The notes under the pieces are model-generated. The model made no database searches. It was not told the origin of the DNA and saw only the letters and a program-made list of their open reading frames with translations. A stretch of 64,000 bases of DNA from Lingula anatina (lineage: Eukaryota > Animalia > Brachiopoda). This document shows positions 12,701-23,157 of the stretch, in pieces. The number at the start of each line of letters is the position of its first letter. Within the stretch, counting starts at the first letter, position 1. The DNA is taken from positions 10,416,001 through 10,480,000 of the forward strand of contig CM120643.1 in assembly GCA_051362555.1 (NCBI GenBank), given 5' to 3'. Position numbers and translations under genes: made by a program.

Positions 12701-14051
12701 CGCCAAGCAGTGTCTGAGTTGCAGAAAGCTGTAGCTGCTGCTGAGGCCAAAGCTACTGATCTTGTCCGCGAGGAGCGTGCAAAGATGGAGCGTGCTGTCA
12801 AAGATGCACGGAAACAGACCCAGGAGGAAATTTTGACGATGGTGAACACTCAAGATGAATCGAGTGAGGTAGGAACACACCTCAATGACTCCAACTCAAG
12901 TGCTTAGCACTCTATAGTAAGTTGGATATAAATCCCAGCTTACTAGGTTCCCCCACCCCCTTTTCCTTTCCTCCTTTGCTCAGCAACCACTATTTTTTTT
13001 TTTTTTTTTTTTTTTTATGGCAAGACACATTTCCAAATTTTTAAAAACCTTGATGTTCTGAAGTTCAGGCATCTCTTTGCTGGTTATGTCAAGATTAGCA
13101 GTATAGCAGATCCAGGGGGCATTACACCCTACACTTTCCCTGTCTTCTCTCTACTAGGCCCTCACTGCCCCCCCCTCCTCCCCAACAAAAATAGAGAGAG
13201 AAGAAGGAATGGGATATGTGTCAGTAATGCAAAAATATATATGTGTATATCCTTCCCCTCCCCTTCTACCCACAGCAAAATCCTGGGTTTGCCTGTGCAT
13301 TGACTGCCAACACCAGGACCTCTCAGATTATTTAGAACCAGGAACACTTGTATTTTGTAAAATTCATTTTAACTATTTCAAGTTTAAATTTAGTTGTTAA
13401 ATGGCCTAGTCCCACACCTGGGTTTTTAGATTGGACAGTTTTAATGTACTTGTACTTCCTCGTGTCAATAAAATGGAGAGAAGGTCTGCATCTGTTAAAC
13501 AATATAAAATTGTATACAAAAATCACCAGATACGAGGAATCCTTTGATATCTCTTATGATAATTTGTATGTTTGTATTTGAACATACATGTATATTTATA
13601 ACATTTGTTTTCATATTTAACATTTCAGAGCTGTTGGAACTGTGGTCGGAAGGCAAGTGAGACGTGCAGTGGCTGCAACATTGCAAGGTACTGCGGCTCT
13701 TTCTGCCAACACAAAGACTGGGAAAACCACCATCATGTGTGTGGACAGGCACAAACGGCACGCGAGGCCCATGCTGCACATGCACAACATCCCAAAGCTG
13801 CAGCTGCTGCAGCCACCACAACTGCCACTACTTCTACTTCATCCTCCTCCTCCTCATCGTCAGTGGTGACACATTCACGGGGCGCAGACACAGTGGTAGC
13901 AAGCACAGAAGCAACCACCACTGCATCCACCTCTGTCACCAGTCACATCAATACAGTCACCACCTCATCAAGTCGACCAGAATCTAGGTCAAGTTTGCCA
14001 AGGTCAAGGTCAAACACACCAGAAAAACCAAAAGCGGAGGCTGCAAGATAA
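4154..14051 (+). CDS. RUNX1T1: CBFA2T/RUNX1T1 (MTG8/ETO, nervy) family transcriptional corepressor, spliced; ~580 aa from the MPDSP Met at 4171
   Basis: Exons with GT-AG ends and consistent phase: 4154-4273, 8205-8422, 8777-8866, 9359-9543, 9983-10230, 10549-10619, 12096-12309, 12678-12868, 13629-14051 (TAA). Motifs: N-terminal MPDSP; NHR1/TAFH ([40 protein letters not shown]...[39 protein letters not shown]); NHR2 ([25 protein letters not shown]); NHR3 ([20 protein letters not shown]); MYND finger ([37 protein letters not shown]). The symbol marks the family; an invertebrate gene is co-orthologous to RUNX1T1/CBFA2T2/CBFA2T3. The first exon is uncertain. Confidence 0.96.
4300..4525. repeat. 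Three degenerate copies of an ATGGG..TTTTCTTCCTTTTTGAG unit (intronic)
   Basis: Motif starts at ~4306, ~4417 and ~4478. Confidence 0.55.
6502..6715. repeat. Diverged ~107-bp tandem duplication (intronic)
   Basis: ATTTCAATGCAG...AAAATTTACCAAAAGC...ATTTCTGTGCCCAT...TGCTGGGAAAAA occurs twice. Confidence 0.8.
7911..8156. mobile_element. TWA-targeting (PIF/Harbinger, Tourist-like) MITE, family A, diverged copy
   Basis: Ends GGAACCATTCCCA...TGGGAACCCAGT, internal GATCGATC, GGGGTAATTA and CAGCT motifs shared with the other family A copies. Flanked by TTA and TAA. Confidence 0.7.
9150..9736. repeat. (CA)n at ~9150-9208 and (TA)n at ~9669-9736, flanking the 9359-9543 exon
   Basis: Read directly. 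Further simple repeats at ~1692-1735 (AAAT), 19876-19948 (AAT/ATT), 36508-36580 (AAT), 39908-39939 (GT), 58417-58455 (TA). Confidence 0.95.
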
Positions 14052-16850
14052 ACAGGGGTGTTTACATTATATTTTGTTTATTATTTTGATAGAATGGTGG
14101 TGGCTGAAATATTGATTGACAGTACAAAAGATGATAAACTTGTTCACATTTCATCCTGGAGAAGGTGACATTGTGTGTGCATTTTTTAGGGTTATAGATG
14201 TTGAATGAACTTTTCAATAGATGTCAGCACGGGAGCATGCATTTTCCTTATAAATGATTGGGATTTTGAAAGCCTGCCAAGTGCTTGGAAGAGTCATCAT
14301 GTTGGGCTGTCTGTCATGAAGTATGTGAACATGTAAACAGCTACCGTTTTTTTTTTTTCCTTTTTCTGTGATGAACTCCTCAGCAGTGTTATTTGTATTC
14401 ATGACCACAATTGATGCCACATATTTGTTTATAGGAAGGAAAAACCAGAAAAAAACTGCCAGCTGTACATACGTGTAGTAGATTAGGACATTAGTAAAGC
14501 ATACAAATGCAAAAACTGGATGAAGTGTTTTCATGCTCAGCAGGTAGAAATCCATTGATAACTGATGTGGTGTTTATGGCCTGTATTTTTCAATTTTTCA
14601 ATATTACAAATTGTGTAAAGAAAAACAGGGGAAAAAAGAAACTTGGGCTATGTAGAAATGGCTGTCATCAACATTGCCTGTTCTTTCACAATCATTGGGT
14701 AAATTTTGGGGGAAAATCTTAACTGGAGGTGGATGATTTCCCAAGTCCAGACACACAAGCTCTGCATGTTTAAACTAATTACTTACAAAAATATGAACAA
14801 AATCAGACATAAATGATCATCATGGATGTTTTGTTTTTCGTACTAGTGAAATATAAGAAGTATTGAAGTTTTTATTCATTTATTTATTTATCTTTATCTT
14901 AATTTTTTCTTTAGTAATTCTAATTTGTTTATCTCAAGATCATCAAAAATTTGGAATAGATGATGTTTAATGAATATTCTCCAGGTACATAAGAATGATG
15001 CAGAACATTATAATAAGAGGGATTTGTGGAGAATAAACTTGCACTTAAAAAAGCTGAGTATATCAACTTTTAAATATCTAATCTACATACAAATGCATTG
15101 TACAAATTCATGTTTCAAACACCAAATGTCTATATGTATAAGATAGTAGGTACGTGTATATCAAAAAGAAAAAAGTATTTGGATCTCATCAGATGGTGTC
15201 GTGCATTAGGGTTAGTGTACAGTCATTGTTATTATTTCAGTATATTCTAAAATACTGAAAAAGGTGGTTTTATGAGTACAAAGATTTGTCAAAGAAGTGG
15301 AAAGGAGACTTTTCTTAATTCTTTGTTGATTTGTAATTAACTTTGGCGTGATGATTGATACAAGCTGTTATGGACTATATTTTGTGTGTGATCAAGACAC
15401 AAAATGACCTCTTGCTTTAAGATAAGACTGCAGTCTTTATGTAGATATAAATTGATGTGCTTTTGGAAAAGTCACTGTTATTAATCGACTATGGAGAAAT
15501 TAGAAAATAGATATATATTTTCCTGTAGTTTTGTAGCTGTCAACCGTTGCCATATTTTCTGCAAATAAAACACTGTATTTAGACTGTATATTACCAAATA
15601 AATGTGACAAAAAAGAAGAAAAATTAATTGATTTCAATTGCAGACTTGATTGTATCAGGTATCTTCATCCTTTAACAGTTAAATATTGTAAACCTCTATA
15701 TGAATTAAAAGCCCAAGATCTCACGCCGCTCCATATATTGTATGTATGAAAAAGATGCTTTATTAGTACTATTATTAATATGTACACATGCAGGTATAGT
15801 GGCCATCACGAGCTTCTCACCAAACAACTTCTACTACTAACTTACATTTAGAACTGACTTTAGATTATTTAGTTTCTGTTGAGAGTTGTACCCCAGAAAT
15901 ACAGACCGCTTGAAAATTTGACAACTGCAATTGTTAAGCATATAACAGAATTTCAAAGTATTCAGAGTTCTCTGTCCACATATATAAGTGTGATATAATA
16001 ACCAAAGGTAGTATATTAAATTAAAAGTGATATTAGTTTTGGACAAGAAGGGTTATATTAGTGCACATAGAGCTGATGTTGACAAAGGTTGGGCTCAACC
16101 AAAGGATAGGGTTACAGTGTATGGAACAGAAGCCAAGGACTTTTAACAATGTAACACTCACACATGATGGATAACCTGTTATGTATTATGTCACTCAGAT
16201 ATCAATATTTTCACTGATATTGCAGATTTTTTTTCATCAGGGCTTGTACATTGTATAATGTATTCCTACAGGGTAATTTTAGGACCTGGTTTCATTAGAG
16301 ATCGGAGATGGCAGACAATTTGATCTTATGTCACAGGGATGCAGTGAAAAATGTTAAGAAATTTATCTACTAGTGATGTAGATTTTGGTAAATATTGTTA
16401 TCTTAAGGAAAAGTTTATTTACAGAGAACATTTTATTTTAAGATCCCTCAGGTCTAAGTGAATTCCTGATTGATATTTTTTTTCTAAACATATATGTACA
16501 TTATTTCTTTGTCATTTGTCTCATCTACACATGGTACATTTCTTGAAATTGACGGATACATTCATGAAATATTAATTGCTTGTCATTTGGCTTTTAATGT
16601 TTTGCAACCAGGGTACATTGCATTTTTGTAGAAAGTCAAACAACTTTCATTAATTAATCTTAGGATAAATTGTTTTTTAAAATTATAAGCAAGAAATATT
16701 TACTATATTTTTTTCCACTGCCTGTTTCATTAAAATTGTACATGTACCTTGTTTGTTGATTGTAAGTGCATTAACTGAGTTGTACAGTGAAGTATAGTTC
16801 ACGTGGTCACTTTTTTTCTGCAAATAAAAGGAAATTTGGAAATGTGTAAA
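14052..16850 (+). other. 3'UTR of the CBFA2T gene with two candidate poly(A) signals
   Basis: AT-rich with no coding signal after the stop. AATAAA at 15564-15569 and 16823-16828; the distal one is followed by a GT-rich tract. Confidence 0.55.
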
Positions 16851-17603
16851 TTTGTGTTGGGTTATTGTTATAGATTGAAATGAGCATTAACCCTAATTAG
16901 TAATACAATCATGTAGTACTATGGCCTAGTGTCAACAGCACAGTGCAAATATGAGGGCTTTCATAGACCCTAACGAGCAACAATTATGGAAAGAGGATGC
17001 ATTGGTGGCTACAGAAAAATTTTGAAGATTTTTCAGCCCCCCCTCCCCTCTTTTTTAATTTAATAAACATCTAGGAATCTGTTTTCCATTCACCACTGGA
17101 GCAACATTGATAAAGCGTAAGGGAGAAGGCCTTAGGTCCAATACTACACACACACACACACACACACACAGTCCTAATTACAACACTGGCAAACAATTTA
17201 CGTGCTTTAAAGAAATTAAGGAAAAGTGAGAGAATTTCTGCATCATTTGTCCAAGCAAGGAGTTTTTTTAACTCCTTGGTCCAGTCTTGAACCCACTACA
17301 CGGTGAATAATCGGTCCAAGATACCATAGACAGTTGCGTTTTTCTTCTCTATCACAATCCAGTTCTGACAACTAGAATGGATAACAGTTCATCTAACGCA
17401 TTGCAGGCACTGCAGGGCTTCTTTCACGTTTGATTATTGAATTTTTGCAATCATGATTGTTATTTGAAAGGTCTTAACCCAATTTTAACTCGTTTTAATA
17501 AAATATGCAAGTATAAATCAATTAGTAAATCCATTAACTAATAAACAGATTAATAAATTGACAAAATATCAAAACTGTAAAAAGAATTGATGGAATTCTT
17601 TTG

Positions 17604-17704
17604 TGTATGACTGCCCGCGAAATTTTATTTTTGAGTTTGTCCTTTGTTTACTTATTATTCATGCGAAGTACATTTTCCGTTCTTTCTCTTTTGTCCTTCT
17701 TTGT

Positions 17705-17735
<31 letters not shown>

Positions 17736-18491
17736 ACTAATTATAGCGTTACAGGCCACTGCACTTACATAACCGCACCGTCACATGCCTGTACCACACC
17801 CTGCACTGAACAGTTTTCATATCACAGCATACATATATATATATATATATAAGGCTTTCTCTATATTTCTTTTTGCTCACTTCACTTTCGTGCTTGGAAC
17901 GGGACAGAGAAATCCAACGACACAGTGTATTATCTCACTTAGTCGGAGGAAAAGGTAAACTATTTCAACGCTACCGTAAACTTCTCCAGCTTTGGGTCTT
18001 TACAACGTTTCTATCTATCCTTTTATAACGATATTAGCACACTAAGTCGAGGACAAGGCAAACTACACTCAAGGATAAAAGAAACGCAACATTTTGCCTG
18101 AGGATTAGAAATGGATGTAGGGTTCATATAAAATTGGCGGATCTCAAAAATAAAATTATTCTGCCCACAAAAACTTCCAAAACTGAGTGCTGTGTTCCTT
18201 GAGTGTATTTCAACGCTTACATAAACTTCTCAGGCTTTGGGTCTTTGCAACGTTTTTGTCTATCCTTTTTCTTACACTTTCGTATGTACTTCGTGTAAAT
18301 TTCAGTTATCAATTTTTTAGGTTATTTTTCTTGTATTTTAATTTGTTTTCAGTATTTCTATATTAGCGCTACATTTTTGTAACTGTTATTTATTTTGTTT
18401 TATTTCATTTTCTTTCAGTTTTATGTTTGAATTTGAAATAAAACAATTCAATCATTATTGGAGACTTCTTTCTTGACTGAGGGCAGCTACA
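17604..18491 (+). mobile_element. Probable solo LTR (888 bp, TG...CA ends, 5-bp TSD)
   Basis: Starts TGTATGACTGCCC and ends GGGCAGCTACA (short imperfect inverted ends). TTTTG on both sides (17599-17603, 18492-18496). The paralogous unit has a single TTTTG at 27735-27739 (empty site). TATATAA ~17846 and AATAAA 18437 on + suggest the orientation. Confidence 0.75.
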
Positions 18492-18688
18492 TTTTGACCC
18501 ATTAAAACAACCAAACTGAATCAGTCTGAATAGGGAAAGAAACTTGGAAAACATCACTGCTGTTCCACGTATAACCTTGCTTTTCTTTTTATTTCCACAG
18601 CTCCTGGCCAATAAAGAAATGCAATGTAAAGACCGCTTTTTGTCGGTTACAGTTTGAACAAATTTACCATAATGTTGAAAATAACGTA

Positions 18689-19875
18689 TTAAATTAGTTC
18701 AGAGGCGACTTTCTTCACGGCGGCATAAACCTCTTTCCCACTGGGAAGAATTTCAGAGGTCGGGATGACAAACCCATTAGAAGCATTGCCATCAGGGCGG
18801 AGCTCAAGCGTATACGCATATTTAATTCCTGCCTTTTCTTTAGCCCAGTCGTAGGATCCACCCGACGCAGCATCTGAAATTGATTTTTTTTGTTATTTAT
18901 ATCAGTGTATATAACAGATTTAGAGACTCTCTCTCTCTCTCTGAATATATAATATATTGTAACTTACATAGAATATCCGGTGGGGCGCCAACTGTCCAGG
19001 ATTTCCCATTAATCCCTTGTACAGCTGCCTTGCCGAGATTAGCCACACGCATCTAAATTTATAAAAGACAGATTGTGATTAGCAATTAAGAAGTGTTTTT
19101 CCCATATGCTCGTGCTGGGGGGGGGGGGGGGGGGGGGATATGCTAATGGGACAACAGGATAAAGATTGGGCTCTACATTCATTTCATCATTATTTCTCCC
19201 AAAATCACATGTCACCAGACTCAAATTCACATTAAGAATCTGCATCAGATTTTAGACGCTTGAAAATGCAGAGTAAAAGTCCAGAGAATGCCCCTTAAAG
19301 TCAACGCCATCTTCAAAATATTTGATTGATGGCCTGTGCCCTTTCTAAGTTGGGTCGACCAAAAAGATAAAAGGGTCCACTACTCCCCTTCCCTCCCCCC
19401 CCCCATCCAAAAAAAATTTAAATTGTTGGCACAGAACTAAAGTCTAAAATCTAAAATTACCATTTCAGCATTGTCCGAGGGTTTTTCCGTGCCCCAACCC
19501 CATGGTGTCAGCCAAAGTTCGGAATAGGAATGGAAAGACAGATACATCTTCAACCGGTCCTTGTGCTCGTTGATGAAGTCCCTTATATTTTGGGTACATT
19601 TTTCAGAGAACGGCCCAGTACCGGGGTAAATATCGGAGCAAGGGAAAGTGCTGGTGCCAGCCTCTTAAAAAAGTAGGATTATAATGTTATATGTTGTCAC
19701 GTCATGTTGAAAAATGTTTAGTAATGCCTAGCATTCTCACAATTTTATGAGAAGGTGCATATAAATTAGACTTAGTATTAGTAGGTCTATTGTGTTCTAA
19801 AGTTCGTGTTTTTATGCAAAGTCTACTGAACATTTTTACTGGATTTTAGACTCGACATTAATATGTTTTATATCA

Positions 19876-19948
<73 letters not shown>

Positions 19949-22900
19949 GGTAGAAATCTTAATTGGTGTACGTGTCGCGACAAAATATGTGCGCTGCCAA
20001 AATAGGCACGAAGCATTTGTGTTATCTATACAGATAACTCGCAAATAGAATGAAACTTCGTCCAAAACTATCTTTCAAAGTGCAAATACAAATTTGAGAG
20101 ATATGACAACTTGGAAGGCGTGACTTTGATGATAATTTTTTCGGTGTGGAGCCGGGTTTCATGCTTTTGATTTTTACCGCCCCATTAGTGCCATTTAAAA
20201 TTTCATTTATATAATCTAAATGTGTTTAAAAATAAGATTTTGCTGGATAAACTTAAAATAGGTCGCATTAAATTTTTTGTTAATCACCACTGTGCCTATT
20301 TTGCAGACGTAGGCCTGACTATTTTGGCGTGACAGTTATAGTTATGGAATACATGTGGGATTTTATACAGAATTACCCTCTACCAGGGCGACTGATAGAT
20401 TTTTTACAGATATTCACAGATATGTCTCTGATATATTTTTTACAGATATTCACAGATATGTCTCTAGATAGATAGATAGATAGATTAATGGTCATTTGGT
20501 TCTAAGTCTTAGAATTAAAATGACCATCTATTTATCTAGAGACATCTGTGAATATCTGTGAATATCTGTAAAAAATCTATCAGTCGGCCTGGTAGAGGGT
20601 AGTACAGAATAGACAGATACGCACGTACATTAGTGCAAGCTCCTTGGTGCTCAATTCACCTACATTGTTCGCACGAAGTAGATTAAAATCAATAACAAAG
20701 GACCAGGATCTCGCGCACATGTACAGTGGAGGCTTAGTTCAATTAAAAAATGTAATAGAACTCGGGATATTTCAAATCATGCCTGATTTCTGGCTTATTC
20801 ACCAGACTGTGTGTGTTATTGGATGTTCTCCACTTAATATGCTTCCTACCTCCAAAGTGGGAATCCCAGTTCCTGTTTGGGTCTACTCCCCGACATCCCC
20901 AACTCTGAGGTGAACGAGTCTTTCTCCACAGACGATCCTTAAATAAATAAATAAATGAAAACAATGCATAAAAATAAAAACAGTTAGACAGAGGAAGAAA
21001 ATTAATTTTAGTGTTGAATTGTGTTGAAAACAGGAGAACTCATGGTCATGACATTTTCAGAAAATTTGACATATTAGTATGTATAAGCGCAGTACTTATA
21101 TATATTTGCACATAATATTTTGACGTTAAATTATCTTTAACTAGCGAACTTCAAGAACGCGACTCTAACACTCAACTGAAAAATCACACCCTCTCTACTT
21201 TATGATGAACATTGCTTGATCTAAATTTACAGTAGGCCTAACATAGAGGTTTACGCAAGATTTTAAGAAATGTATGCATGTCTTACACAAGTCCAAATAT
21301 TTATATAATTATTTCAACTGACAACATGGCTACACTTGATCTAAAAAACGGGGATTGAACACCAATCAGCATCAGAAGTATTTACGTTATTATGTCCAAG
21401 ACCAGATATAGTAATACCTACAGATGTATGTGAATACTCGTAACCGTCGGGATTTGCAACAGGCAGCATATACCAGGTGTACTTATTCAGCTCTGGAAGG
21501 CTGTTGTATTCCGAGAGAAACTATAAAGCAAAAGAATCAAGCATGGTTACAAGACGCTTGAAAAAATCTAAATCTTTGTGATATTTGCTTTGAACCACCT
21601 GGGGTTCGTTCCACGAAATTGGTCAAAACTTTTAAAATGCGGTCGACTTCAGTTCAATTTAAAGGTTAACCCACAGTATATAATCATGATACAGCAACGA
21701 GACACGGATTCATTTGAAATCGTTATAATCCCCCCCCCCCCCGAATAAATTTTCACCCTAAAAAATCATCATAATTTGTAAAGAACTTGAGTCGTTTGCA
21801 AAAAAAGAAAAAAAATACAATTAATAAATAAATTAATTAAAGATAAAGGAGTTCAAACACATTTGCTGCTAACTTTGTCTATGATGTACACCAGGGTCGC
21901 CGGAGCGATCCATTCTCTAGCGTGTATACCGGCATCCACCCAAATGGCTGGTTTAGTCCCGTCTTCCCCTATCTGAAAAACATAAGAAAAAATATTAATG
22001 TACACTGCCGTAAGGCAATCTTTGTGGCTTCCCAGCTCGTGAATAACTGAAGTTGTCTTTGTTCATTGTCTTTTTCGTGTATTAAGTTCATTTTTCTTTA
22101 TTTTGTTTGTGTACAGGTCTAAATATATGCTACTGTTGTAAGCCTAGTGAAGATTTTTTGAGGTCTCAATTTCTCCTGTTTATCGTAAAATTCAAAGCCT
22201 CTATATCCACTGTGACAGTAATTAAAAAAGGTGACTCAAAAACGGGTTTTTGGATTGTAATTTTGTGACCGGTCTTGGTTATGGTATACCTTGGTGATAA
22301 AGGGAAACACGAGAAATCCACCAATTGCAAGAAAAATATATGTTGCTCTATATAAAGTCAAACCCTCTGCTTTTAATTTTTCTGTATGTCCATGAATCAG
22401 AAGTCACCGATGTCTTAGACTCGAAGAGCACTCACTTTCAACACTTTCATGTCTTTGCCCTCGTAAGTTTGACCGATCGTTTCAACAGTAGCTAGACCGT
22501 TACTTTCTGCAGCTACAGCGTCCAACCAGGCGTTGATCTAGGAAAAAAAGTAAATTATTCATTATTCAGAACAGCACAACAGCGCTTTAGATCAGTGTAT
22601 TGATTCATGTCAACATTTGTGATTTGCGTGATAGATTTCAATCAAATGCAGCAATGTTCTGACGCGACAAGCGAACTTGTATTAGAGTTTGAAAATAAAA
22701 TAGGAGCGAGTCTGTTTTATAACTCGGGCTAGTCTATGCTGTAAAAACTTTTAAACGAGACATGCAAACGCTTTTTTTCTGCAATGCGTCCTATTTAATG
22801 TATGGCTCATTGGATGTTACGCAAACCACCGAAACCAACCAACGTTTTATGTTGAAATGACAAAACTTGCTCTGCCAGTCCACTGAGTTAAATTTTGATG

Positions 22901-23124
22901 AAATGTTTGAAGCCCCACATACCTCTCCGTGACGTGCATACGTCCCCACAATACTATCCGTTGCCAGGTTACTGAACGTTGCCACAGCAACTTGTCCGTT
23001 TTTGCACTTGTTTTTACCCTTTCCCTTCCAGTTGCCATTGTCCAGAGACTCGCATGCCTTGCTCTTTATCTTGTCCTCGCGGGCTTTATTATTACTGGTT
23101 GTCTCAGTATCTATGAGGCTTATA

Positions 23125-23157
<33 letters not shown>

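Noticed and set aside
9300-13987. Alternative-frame and antisense ORFs overlapping CBFA2T exons (9300-9743, 12051-12298, 13495-13987)
   Set aside because: Shadows of GC-richer coding exons or microsatellite read-through (YIYIYI); no independent signals.
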